Made by a program: the position numbers and the translations under genes. Below are positions 1 to 8,693 of a stretch of DNA of 32,000 nt, piece after piece; position 1 is the stretch's first letter, and every line of letters begins with the position of its first letter. This DNA is from Nostoc linckia NIES-25 (GTDB taxonomy: Bacteria; Cyanobacteriota; Cyanobacteriia; Cyanobacteriales; Nostocaceae). Location of the stretch: positions 2,879,079 through 2,911,078 of the forward strand of contig AP018222.1 in the NCBI GenBank assembly GCA_002368035.1, read 5' to 3'. The notes under the pieces are model-generated. The model did not search any database, was not told the DNA's origin, and saw nothing but the letters and a program-made list of their open reading frames with translations.

Positions 1-787
1 CAAAACAATTCTGGTGACACGTTCAGTCGGACAATCAAACCAATTTAGCAATCGTCTCATGGCTTTAGGCGCAACCGTCATCGAAATGCCTACCTTAGAA
101 ATTTGCCCGCCTTCGAGTTGGGAAAGTTTAGATAATGCGATCGCTAATTTATCTAACTTCGACTGGTTAATTCTCACTTCTACCAATGGCGTAGACTACT
201 TTTTTGCCAGATTAATTGCCCAAGGTAAAGATAGCCGTGCTTTGGCTGGCGTCAAAATTGCCGTTGTTGGCGAAAAAACAGCCCAAAGTCTCAAGCAATA
301 TTCTCTGCAACCAGATTTTATTCCTTCCAGCTTCGTCGCTGATTCTTTAGTAGAAAATTTTCCAGAACAATTATCTGGTAAAAAGGTTTTATTTCCCAGA
401 GTTGAAAGCGGCGGCAGAGAAATTTTGGTTAAAGAATTAACTGCTAAAGGTGCAGAAGTAATAGAAGTTGCAGCATATCAATCTTGTTGTCCCAGCAGTA
501 TCCCACCTGCGGCACAATTAGCTTTGCAAAACCACAAGGTAGATGTAATTACCTTTGCTAGTTCTAAAACTGTACAATTTTTCTGCCAACTTACTAACAA
601 CATATTTCCGAATAACTCTCATACTAGTCAATTGTTAGATGGTGTTTGTATTGCCTCCATCGGCCCTCAAACTTCCCAAACCTGCCATTCCTTATTCGGA
701 CGTGTAGATGTCGAAGCCCAAGAATACACTTTAGATGGTTTAACCGAAGCGTTGATCGGGTGGGGAATGGGGAGTAGGGACTGGTGA
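1..787 (+). CDS. hemD: uroporphyrinogen-III synthase (HemD); the 5' end lies upstream of the window
   Basis: The frame is open from nt 2 (KTILVTRSVGQ...), so the GTG at 14 in the ORF track is internal. The product has a HemD-like pattern (LILTSTNGV, KIAVVGEKT, VITFASSKTV, IASIGPQT). The last codons (GWGMGSRDW) and the TGA at 785-787 are encoded by the heptamer array at 762-817. Confidence 0.85.
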   Translation, partial: KTILVTRSVGQSNQFSNRLMALGATVIEMPTLEICPPSSWESLDNAIANLSNFDWLILTSTNGVDYFFARLIAQGKDSRALAGVKIAVVGEKTAQSLKQYSLQPDFIPSSFVADSLVENFPEQLSGKKVLFPRVESGGREILVKELTAKGAEVIEVAAYQSCCPSSIPPAAQLALQNHKVDVITFASSKTVQFFCQLTNNIFPNNSHTSQLLDGVCIASIGPQTSQTCHSLFGRVDVEAQEYTLDGLTEALIGWGMGSRDW

Positions 788-817
788 CTGGGGACTGGGG
801 ACTGGGGAGTAGGGACT
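762..817. repeat. STRR-type heptamer array, 8 units of GGGGACT and variants (GGGGAAT, GGGGAGT, AGGGACT, GGTGACT)
   Basis: Strict 7-nt periodicity read directly from the sequence. The unit is the complement of CCCCAGT, the classic STRR1 heptamer of heterocystous cyanobacteria. Confidence 0.9.
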
Positions 818-892
818 GGGGGAAAAGGGCAAAGGGCAAGGGGCAAAGGTAAGATCCCCCCTTTTTCCCTTTAACCTTTTCCCTTTTCCCTA
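818..892. repeat. G-run/C-run hairpin element (GGAAAAGGGCAAAGGG ... CCCTTTAACCTTTTCCCTTTTCC)
   Basis: This is an imperfect inverted repeat around AAGATCCCCCC. Related copies occur at about 23770-23830, about 23950-23980, and as the triplicated unit at 30530-30775. Confidence 0.7.
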
Positions 893-905
893 CTTGAAGG
901 GTTTT

Positions 906-940
906 GACAAATGACAAATGACAAATGACTAATGACAAAA
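906..940. repeat. heptamer array GACAAAT x3, GACTAAT, GACAAAA running into the coaE start codon
   Basis: 7-nt periodicity. The units place ATG triplets at 911, 918, 925 and 932, and the last of these is the coaE start. Confidence 0.9.
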
Positions 941-1522
941 CGCATAATCGGCTTAACTGGAGGTATTGCCACAGGCAAAACCACTGTCACCAATTATTTA
1001 GCTAGCAGTTATAATCTGCCGATTTTGGATGCAGATATTTATGCTAGGGAAGCTGTGTCAGTGGGTTCGCCTATTCTTAGTGCGATCGCCGAACGGTACG
1101 GCCAACAAATTTTACTAGGCGATGACAACCTCAACCGCCAAAAGCTAGGCGAAATTATTTTTAATCGGCAAGACGAACGCAACTGGATAGAGAGTTTGAT
1201 TCATCCTTATGTGCGCGATCGCTTTCTTGAAGCTATTACCCAATCTTCTTCGCAAATACTGGTGTTAGTAGTGCCTCTGTTATTTGAAGCTGGGATGACT
1301 GATTTGGTTACAGAAATTTGGGTAGTACATTGTCCTGAAGAACAACAACTACAGAGATTGATGCAACGAAACCATTTGAATCGAGAACAAGCACAAGCAC
1401 GGATTAATAGTCAACTATCTATTGCAGAAAAACTCGCCCGTGCAAATGTCGTTTTAGATAACTCTTTTAGCCTAGAAGTATTATTAAAACAGGTAGATAT
1501 AGCACTCAAACTCAAAGTGTAA
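932..1522 (+). CDS. coaE: dephospho-CoA kinase
   Basis: The N-terminal P-loop IIGLTGGIATGKTTV and the 196-aa length are typical of CoaE. Confidence 0.9.
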   Translation: MTKRIIGLTGGIATGKTTVTNYLASSYNLPILDADIYAREAVSVGSPILSAIAERYGQQILLGDDNLNRQKLGEIIFNRQDERNWIESLIHPYVRDRFLEAITQSSSQILVLVVPLLFEAGMTDLVTEIWVVHCPEEQQLQRLMQRNHLNREQAQARINSQLSIAEKLARANVVLDNSFSLEVLLKQVDIALKLKV

Positions 1523-1953
1523 ACTAAAAATATATTTATCTTAAAAAAGACATATATACTAAATTTCGCAGACATAAAATTTTAGTGAATAAATCTTAAC
1601 AAATTCAGTGAAAAATCTGCAAATTTAGCCAATCTTAATGAATAATTCGGTGATTTTACAGTTGAGGCTGTGGTTAATAGTAATGTAGATTTAAATTGTT
1701 AGTCAACAGTTAGCCGCTATGATCCCTGATGTTGTACTAGATGCTCAAGCTCGAACAAAATAAAGTAATAAATCAATACGATATTCAAAAAATCTTCTTT
1801 GCTAAATATATCCTCATTAGTAGTGACAGAGAATGACTTTTAAACATAAGATAGAGTTTGTGAAAAGTTAAAGATTGAATAAGGCTTAGCCATTAATTAT
1901 TAAATTATTTTTAAATCAAGATTTTTAATTGATTTTTTTTTAATACGAAGTAT

Positions 1954-2253
1954 ATGAATTTAAGTTTTAGTTTTTTCAATAAGTTAGCCCTCCTAACCTC
2001 TCCAGTAAAAGAATTAAAATACCACAATAAAACACATGATTATAGCCAACAACTCTGTGGCAGTGACTACATATTTGAGCGAGTCAATGAAGGAACAATA
2101 GGCTACATGACTGGAGTAGGCAACGGTGTTAAAGCTAGCGATCGCATCATCTTACAACAAGGCAGCGAATCTTATCAATATCAAATCGAGGAAATTGATT
2201 ACTACTCCTATCCGTCTGATATGTGGATAGCTTTACTCAAGCAAGTTGTTTGA
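1954..2253 (+). CDS. hypothetical protein (99 aa), no family recognised
   Basis: This is the only long ORF in an AT-rich stretch, preceded by 430 bp of very AT-rich non-coding DNA. The start codon is uncertain. Confidence 0.4.
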   Translation: MNLSFSFFNKLALLTSPVKELKYHNKTHDYSQQLCGSDYIFERVNEGTIGYMTGVGNGVKASDRIILQQGSESYQYQIEEIDYYSYPSDMWIALLKQVV

Positions 2254-2430
2254 TTAATAAGTTAAAGGTGCGTTAGCCTACGACATAACACACCTTACAG
2301 GTTTGATAGTCTGGAAATCCTGAAAAGCTAAGGATGCGGTTTTTCAAGAAACTTTGTTTGTGACTTAAAAATAGACAAGACTGTTAGGGCATCAACAGAT
2401 GATAAAACTTAGATAAAAAAAGACTTTTCA

Positions 2431-2454
2431 CCCAGTCCCCAGTCCCCAGTCCCT
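2431..2454. repeat. STRR heptamer array CCCAGTC x3 (complement of the 762-817 array)
   Basis: 7-nt periodicity, lying immediately 3' of the tldD stop codon on the minus strand. Confidence 0.8.
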
Positions 2455-2456
2455 TG

Positions 2457-3851
2457 CTATATTTCTCCACCAACGACTACATCCCTAATTCGTAGACTTG
2501 GGCCGCCACAACCTACTGATAAGCCGTTTTGCCCTCCCTTTCCACAACCACCAGATTCATCCCAATAAAAGTCATCACCAATTGCTTCAATATCGGCTAA
2601 AGTTTGGAATACATTTCCCGAAAGTGTCACATCGCGCACAGGTTCAGCAATTTTGCCGTTTCTAATCATCCACGCTTCTCCGGCGCTGAAAGTGAACATT
2701 TCGCCGTTTGTCATTCCACCCAACCAATTGCGGGCATAAACTCCTTCTTTAATATCAGTAAATAAGTCTTTGACTGGTGTTTTACCCCGTTCAATCCACG
2801 TGTTTGTCATCCGCACAATGGGGGTAAAGTGATAGTTGAGACAGCGGGCATTACCCGTAGGCGTTTCGTCTAATTTGCCTGCGGTTTCACGAGAATGCAA
2901 GCGTCCGACCAAAACCCCATCTTTAATTAGTTGAGTAGTGGTGGCGGGAGTGCCTTCATCGTCGTAAAAATAGCTACCGCGATGCCCTTCTGGGGCAGCA
3001 CCATCAAAAATTTGCAGTTCTTCGGGGCCAAACCGTCGTCCAATGGTCATGACTTCCAATAAATCTGGGTTTTCATAAGCCATATCTGCTTCAGAAAGGT
3101 GTCCGAAGGCTTCGTGGACAAACAAACCAGTCAGAATTGGGTCAATGACTACGGTGTAGGTATTGCCTTTTACTGATGGCAGAGATAAAGCTGCGATCGC
3201 TCTTTCGGCTGCGCTTTGGACTTGTTCGTCCAAATTCGTTAAATCTTCGTAGGCTTTGCGAGAACCAGTGGTTTCTCTGCCAGTTTGGACAGTTTCGCCA
3301 TTCTTGGCGGTGGCGGCAAAGCGCATTTCCATATCCACCCAAGATTGCTCGATGAAAGTGCCCTCAGAGGTGGCGATAATTACTCGTTGGGCGCTATCTC
3401 CATACCGCACCGAGGTTGTGGTAATTCGCCGATCGACATTTTTGAGCAATTCCGTGTAGCGATCGCATAATTCTTTTTTCTGTGAAAGTAAAATTTTTCG
3501 CGGATCGGTGCCGACGAGAGGCAGATTGCATACTACTTGCACCGGGTCAATGGGTGCGAGGATAGTTTCTTCATCGCCAACCATCCGCGCCGCAGCGATC
3601 GCTTCTTCGATACGATCCTGAATTGTGGAAAGTTGGTTAAAGCAGCTCAACCCCCACCCACCTTTATAACAAGCGCGAATGTGTCCGCCAATTGAGATGC
3701 CTTCACTCAGGGTTTCTACCTTGTCGCCACGCAACAAGATATCAGTCCCTTCTGCTTCTTCAAGGCGAATCATCAGATAATCAACACGCTCTGAGTAACG
3801 GGCAATGAGGTCAGAAAGCAAATTTTGTGCGTCAGCAAGTGTAGTCGGCAT
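2457..3851 (-). CDS. tldD: TldD/PmbA-family metallopeptidase (TldD-like)
   Basis: 464 aa with the HExxxH motif HEAFGH and a Gly-rich C-terminus (GGCGKGGQNGLSVGCGGPSLRI) typical of TldD proteins. Confidence 0.88.
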   Translation of the reverse strand: MPTTLADAQNLLSDLIARYSERVDYLMIRLEEAEGTDILLRGDKVETLSEGISIGGHIRACYKGGWGLSCFNQLSTIQDRIEEAIAAARMVGDEETILAPIDPVQVVCNLPLVGTDPRKILLSQKKELCDRYTELLKNVDRRITTTSVRYGDSAQRVIIATSEGTFIEQSWVDMEMRFAATAKNGETVQTGRETTGSRKAYEDLTNLDEQVQSAAERAIAALSLPSVKGNTYTVVIDPILTGLFVHEAFGHLSEADMAYENPDLLEVMTIGRRFGPEELQIFDGAAPEGHRGSYFYDDEGTPATTTQLIKDGVLVGRLHSRETAGKLDETPTGNARCLNYHFTPIVRMTNTWIERGKTPVKDLFTDIKEGVYARNWLGGMTNGEMFTFSAGEAWMIRNGKIAEPVRDVTLSGNVFQTLADIEAIGDDFYWDESGGCGKGGQNGLSVGCGGPSLRIRDVVVGGEI

Positions 3852-4106
3852 TTCCAGGTAATAATAATGACGAACTGCCTTTATTCTGCAATTATTTGGG
3901 AACTTCTGCTACTCGACTTCATCCTCTGCGACTTCACAATCAGCAAGCAATTCATCCATACTCTCTGGAAATGTTCCTCGTTCAATCATTTACATATTAG
4001 CAATGGGTTAGCAAAAGCATTGAATTGACCAAAGACAAAGAATGCTGAAGGGCGGATCGCACCTGAATTCAAATAGCATAGAACAAGACAACCACAAAGC
4101 CACACT

Positions 4107-4400
4107 ATGACTCCACAATTTGAAGCTGCGATCGCTGCCATTCAACTACTCTCATCTACAGAGCGCCAAGAACTGCTGCAAATCCTCACCCAAAGCAATT
4201 TATCCTCAAATTCTCAATCCGATCTTCAAAATCTTAGTATTCAGTTTTCCCAAGGTATTACACTAAAGCAGCTACTTGCCACCCATTCTCCCACAACTGT
4301 TGATAACCTCAAAAACCTTGCTGCTGACTTTTGGCCTGAAGAAGACTCTATTGATGATTTTCTCACCTTCCTGCGGCAACAGCGCCAAGAGGCGATCTAA
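4107..4400 (+). CDS. putative antitoxin partner of the downstream PIN-domain (VapC) gene
   Basis: 97 aa, ending 10 nt before the vapC ATG. The acidic C-terminal tail ADFWPEEDSIDDFLTFLRQQRQE resembles cyanobacterial VapC-associated antitoxins. The assignment rests on position and that motif only. Confidence 0.6.
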   Translation: MTPQFEAAIAAIQLLSSTERQELLQILTQSNLSSNSQSDLQNLSIQFSQGITLKQLLATHSPTTVDNLKNLAADFWPEEDSIDDFLTFLRQQRQEAI

Positions 4401-4410
4401 CTAAACTCCT

Positions 4411-4812
4411 ATGAGTCTTATTCTTATTGATACTGACATTGCTTGCTTCATTCTCAAAGGTAGTGATTATGCTGACCCTTATCTGCCCCTTTTGAGTGGT
4501 CAGGAATTGGCATTGTTATTCATGACCATCGCTGAGCTGTTTCAGTGGGCAATCTTGCGTCAGTGGGGCGAGCGTCGTCTCACCTAGTTAGGACAATATC
4601 TATCGAATTACCTTATTATTCCAGTGGATCGACCTCTTTGTCGAGAATGGGCACAGGTTTGTGCCTATCGACAAAACGTGGGACGACCAATTTCGCCCCA
4701 AGATGCCTGGATTGCTGCAACGGCTCTGCGCTACAACTTACCGCTAGTCACTCACAACATCAAAGACTTCCTAGAAATTCCCAATTTACAGCTGATTACA
4801 CCTTCATCCTAG
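4411..4812 (+). pseudogene. vapC: PIN-domain VapC toxin interrupted by one in-frame TAG (4585-4587)
   Basis: The ATG at 4411 gives MSLILIDTDIACFILKG...ERRLT, then TAG. The same frame continues LGQYLSNYLIIPVDRPLCREWAQV...QDAWIAATALRYNLPLVTHNIKDF. Together that is 133 sense codons carrying the PIN acidic residues (IDTD, AE, QDAWIAATA, THN..DF). Confidence 0.75.
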
Positions 4813-4861
4813 ATGATGCATTTGTCTTTTTTCGTTGGGATGAATCTGGAGATATTCGCAT

Positions 4862-5026
4862 GACATGAAAAAATTCTCCTAGTGCTTTTGCTTGCTCTTT
4901 ACTAATTGCTCTTTTTTCGTTAACAACTTCTGAAACAACTCCTTTAAAACCAATAATTCCTACTAAATCAGATTGTTTAATTTGCCTAATAGAAGGATTT
5001 TCCTCTGTTATCGGCGGTGGCTCGTA
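4862..5026 (-). pseudogene. remnant of an XRE/HigA-like HTH antitoxin gene (no start codon)
   Basis: The minus-strand frame reads YEPPPITEENPSIRQIKQSDLVGIIGFKGVVSEVVNEKRAISKEQAKALGEFFHV. It resembles the helix-turn-helix core of HigA-type antitoxins (G.KG.VSE.LN.KR.IS). A stop codon lies immediately upstream and there is no Met. Confidence 0.3.
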
Positions 5027-5123
5027 TCATAACTTACCAAACAATTGTCAAGTTGATTTTTTGGTCTTCATCACATCTTCTATAATTAATAAAATCTGCA
5101 CACCTAATTTTAGGCATGAGACT

Positions 5124-8006
5124 GTGACCGAATCAGGAAACTACAAAGATACTGTAAACCTACCCAAGACTAACTTTGAGATGCGGGCAAACGCCATCAA
5201 GCGCGAACCGGAAATCCAAAAATTTTGGGAAGATAATAAGATTTACGATCGCCTCTCGCAAAACAACCCAGGCGAATTATTTATACTGCACGATGGGCCG
5301 CCCTACGCTAACGGCTCACTTCATACTGGTCATGCCTTAAATAAAATTCTTAAAGATATTATTAATCGCTACCAACTCCTACAAGGGCGTAAAGTTCGCT
5401 ACGTTCCTGGTTGGGATTGTCACGGATTGCCCATTGAGTTGAAAGTTCTGCAAAACATGAAGTCAGCGGAACGGCAAAATTTAACGTCTTTGCAACTGAG
5501 ACAAAAAGCCAAAGAATATGCCCTAGCTACGGTAAATGACCAACGCCAAAGTTTTAAAAGTTACGGTGTTTGGGGTGATTGGGAACATCCTTATTTGACG
5601 CTGAAGCCGGAATATGAAGCGGCGCAAATTAGCGTGTTTGGTCAAATGTTCTTAAAAGGCTACATCTATCGCGGTTTGAAGCCGGTTCACTGGAGTCCTA
5701 GCTCGAAAACTGCTTTGGCGGAGGCTGAGTTGGAATATCCGGAAGGTCACGTTTCTCGCAGTATTTATGCGGCGTTTCCGGTTACTAGTCTTGGAGAAGG
5801 CGTAAAATCGCTGCTGGGGGAATATTTGCCGGATTTGGGTGTGGCTGTGTGGACGACTACGCCTTGGACGATTCCGGGGAATTTGGCGGTGGCGGTGAAT
5901 GGGGAGTTGGATTATGTGGTGGTGGAGGTATCACGCAGAGACGCAGAGGCGCAGAGAGGTTTCAAGTACTTGATTGTGGCGGCGGAGTTGGTGGAGAGGT
6001 TGGCTGCAACGTTGGGTGTCGAGTTGACTGTGAAAGCTACGGTTAAGGGGAGGGATTTAGAACATAGTAGTTATCGTCATCCTTTGTTTGACCGGGAAAG
6101 TCCGGTGGTTGTTGGTGGGGATTATATTACTACTGAGTCGGGTACTGGGTTGGTACATACTGCTCCCGGCCACGGTCAAGAAGATTACATTGTTGGTCAG
6201 CGATATGGTTTGCCGATTCTTGCACCTGTGGATGATAACGGGAATTTTACTTCAGAGGCGGGAGAGTTTGCTGGGTTGAATGTGCTGGGTGATGGAAATC
6301 AAGCGGTGATTGATGCGTTGGCGCGTAAAGGTTCTTTGTTGAAAGAAGAACCTTATCAGCACAAGTATCCTTATGATTGGCGGACGAAAAAGCCGACGAT
6401 TTTCCGGGCTACGGAGCAATGGTTTGCTTCGGTGGAAGGATTTAGAGAAGAAGCACTTAAGGCGATCGCCGCTGTAAAATGGATTCCAGCCCAAGGCGAA
6501 AATCGCATCACGCCAATGGTGGCGGAACGTTCTGATTGGTGTATCTCCCGTCAGCGTGTTTGGGGTGTACCGATTCCGGTTTTCTACGATGAAGCTACGG
6601 GGGAACCGCTGCTGAACGAGGAAACTATCAGCCATGTCCAAGGAATTATTGCCGAAAAAGGTTCCGATGCTTGGTGGGAACTTTCAATTGAAGAGTTATT
6701 GCCTGAATCCTATCGCCAAAATGGCAAGTCTTACCGCAGAGGTACAGACACAATGGATGTCTGGTTTGATTCTGGTTCATCTTGGGCAGCTGTAGCCAAA
6801 CAACGTCCAGAGTTATGCTACCCCGCGGATATATACTTGGAAGGTTCCGACCAACACCGCGGTTGGTTCCAATCAAGTTTGCTTACTAGTGTGGCGGTTA
6901 ATGACTGTGCGCCTTACAAAACTGTGTTGACTCACGGCTTTGCTTTGGACGAACAAGGACGGAAAATGAGTAAGTCTGAAGGTAATGTCGTTGACCCAAA
7001 TACAATCATTCAAGGCGGGAAAAATCAAAAAGTAGAACCGCCTTATGGTGCAGATGTATTGAGATTGTGGGTATCATCGGTAGACTACTCCGGCGATGTC
7101 CGCATTGGGAAAAACATCATTAAGCAACTCAATGATGTTAGAGGTAAGATTCGCAATACAGCGCGGTTTTTGTTGGGTAGCCTTGATGACTTCAACCCCG
7201 AAACAGACGCAGTACCTTTTGAGGAATTGCCAGAACTTGACCGCTATATGCTGCACCGCATCCTGGAAGTGTTCGAGGAAGTGACAGCAGCTTTTGAAAG
7301 TTTCCAATTCTTCCGCTTCTTCCAAACAGTGCAGAATTTCTGCGTGGTGGATTTATCCAACTTTTATTTAGACGTTGCCAAAGATAGACTCTATATCAGT
7401 GCGCCAAATGCTTTTCGCCGTCGCAGTTGTCAAACAGTGCTGAAGATAGCTTTAGAGAATTTAGCACGAGCGATCGCTCCAGTATTATGCCACACCGCCG
7501 AGGATATCTGGCAATATCTCCCGTACAAAACGCCTTACAAATCAGTGTTTGAAGCTGGTTGGGTGCAAGTGGACGAAAAGTGGCGCAATGCAGAATTAGC
7601 TAAATCTTGGGAAGTATTGCGAAAACTCCGCACTGATGTCAACAAGGTGTTGGAACAAGCCAGAATCGAAAAACTCATTGGTTCTTCCCTAGAAGCGAAA
7701 GCTTTAATTCACATCCCTAACAAACAGTTAGGCGATGCAATTCAAGCCTTTAACCCGGTTAGCGGTAACGGTATTGACGAACTGCGGTATTTATTGCTGA
7801 CTTCCCAAGTGGAATTATTAGATTCTGCTGAAGCACTGCAACAAGTAAAATATACAGCCCAGACCGAAGACTGGGTAATTGGTGTAGTGAATGCTGACGG
7901 CGAAAAATGCGATCGCTGTTGGAACTACTCCATCCACGTGGGAGAATCAAAGGAACATCCGCTAATTTGCGAACGTTGCGTTGCGGCTTTAGCTGGAGAG
8001 TTTTAA
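5124..8006 (+). CDS. ileS: isoleucine--tRNA ligase
   Basis: Carries the HIGH-type motif (PPYANGSLHTGHALNK), the KMSKS motif and a C-terminal CxxC...CxxC zinc knuckle (CDRCWNY...CERC). The ORF is open from the TTG at 5061. The GTG at 5124 (TESGNYKDTVNLPKTNF) is the more plausible start. Confidence 0.95.
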   Translation: MTESGNYKDTVNLPKTNFEMRANAIKREPEIQKFWEDNKIYDRLSQNNPGELFILHDGPPYANGSLHTGHALNKILKDIINRYQLLQGRKVRYVPGWDCHGLPIELKVLQNMKSAERQNLTSLQLRQKAKEYALATVNDQRQSFKSYGVWGDWEHPYLTLKPEYEAAQISVFGQMFLKGYIYRGLKPVHWSPSSKTALAEAELEYPEGHVSRSIYAAFPVTSLGEGVKSLLGEYLPDLGVAVWTTTPWTIPGNLAVAVNGELDYVVVEVSRRDAEAQRGFKYLIVAAELVERLAATLGVELTVKATVKGRDLEHSSYRHPLFDRESPVVVGGDYITTESGTGLVHTAPGHGQEDYIVGQRYGLPILAPVDDNGNFTSEAGEFAGLNVLGDGNQAVIDALARKGSLLKEEPYQHKYPYDWRTKKPTIFRATEQWFASVEGFREEALKAIAAVKWIPAQGENRITPMVAERSDWCISRQRVWGVPIPVFYDEATGEPLLNEETISHVQGIIAEKGSDAWWELSIEELLPESYRQNGKSYRRGTDTMDVWFDSGSSWAAVAKQRPELCYPADIYLEGSDQHRGWFQSSLLTSVAVNDCAPYKTVLTHGFALDEQGRKMSKSEGNVVDPNTIIQGGKNQKVEPPYGADVLRLWVSSVDYSGDVRIGKNIIKQLNDVRGKIRNTARFLLGSLDDFNPETDAVPFEELPELDRYMLHRILEVFEEVTAAFESFQFFRFFQTVQNFCVVDLSNFYLDVAKDRLYISAPNAFRRRSCQTVLKIALENLARAIAPVLCHTAEDIWQYLPYKTPYKSVFEAGWVQVDEKWRNAELAKSWEVLRKLRTDVNKVLEQARIEKLIGSSLEAKALIHIPNKQLGDAIQAFNPVSGNGIDELRYLLLTSQVELLDSAEALQQVKYTAQTEDWVIGVVNADGEKCDRCWNYSIHVGESKEHPLICERCVAALAGEF

Positions 8007-8031
8007 CAAGTTAACTGTCAAACGTTTTCGC

Positions 8032-8262
8032 GTAGGGGCAGGGCAATGCCCATACGTGTCAACTTAACGTGAAACGCTGGTGAAAACGCGATCGGCGAGT
8101 TCTACTCATTTACCATCAAGATCCGCGTTACCCCACCCCGGTTTAGCTGGCGCAAAACCTCCCCTCCCCTTGGCAAGGGGAGGGGCTGGGGGTGGGGTAA
8201 AATGCCTGTGGGATAAGCGTTTGAGCTTAAGTTGACACCAATGGGCAATGCCGTGCCCCTAC
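8032..8262. mobile_element. MITE-like element, about 231 bp, with 36-bp imperfect terminal inverted repeats
   Basis: The left end is GTAGGGGCAGGGCAATGCCCATACGTGTCAACTTAA (8032-8067). The reverse complement of the right end (8227-8262) is GTAGGGGCACGGCATTGCCCATTGGTGTCAACTTAA. An internal nested palindrome reads CCCCTCCCCTTGGCAAGGGGAGGGG. Confidence 0.75.
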
Positions 8263-8297
8263 CAACGTATTTGTATCATAATTAAAGTGAAGCACTA

Positions 8298-8693
8298 TTA
8301 ATCAGTGGTTTTTGCGTTCTGACTTGATTTTTGATCGGAATTTTTCAAACGTGTCGCCTGACTTTTGCGGATGCGATCGCTTTTGCGAACAGCACCCGCC
8401 ATTTCATATTCACGGCTGTCTTTGCCGTATTTGAAAGCAACACCAATCAGCATTTTTTCAATGAGATCGTTTAAGTTTTTGTCTAATTCATCCATTTCAG
8501 TTCTAGAAGAATTAATTACCGCTAAAGCAGTATTATAAGCATCTATCTTGCTACGGTACTGCTCAATTAGTTGTGTCACATTTTGCAAGTTGCGAATATC
8601 CCCAAAATCCATACTAGGATCGATCGCTTTAAATCCCGCCACTCTTAATTCAGCTTTTTCTAAAACGCGGTATGTACGTTTTTGACTAGCCAT
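8298..8693 (-). CDS. hypothetical protein (131 aa), predicted helical with a basic Ser/Lys-rich tail
   Basis: A clean ORF with no competing frame. No family recognised. Confidence 0.6.
   Translation of the reverse strand: MASQKRTYRVLEKAELRVAGFKAIDPSMDFGDIRNLQNVTQLIEQYRSKIDAYNTALAVINSSRTEMDELDKNLNDLIEKMLIGVAFKYGKDSREYEMAGAVRKSDRIRKSQATRLKNSDQKSSQNAKTTD

Noticed and set aside
3825-4028. ORF 3825..4028 (plus), and a 26-codon minus-strand ORF (MIERGTFPESMDELLADCEVAEDEVE, about 3913-3993) in the tldD-antitoxin spacer.
   Set aside because: The plus ORF overlaps the tldD start and has no protein-like features. The short minus ORF might be another TA-cassette fragment, but it is too short to support without a database search.
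5849-7950. Internal and antisense ORFs within ileS (5849..6046, 6088..6279, 6252..6641, 6646..6876, 7074..7325, 7096..7284, 7759..7950). Analogous ORFs lie inside tldD, the helicase, ecfT, der, pipY, the NLR and the GloVer gene.
   Set aside because: All are embedded in strongly supported long CDSs in other frames or strands, with no independent signals.
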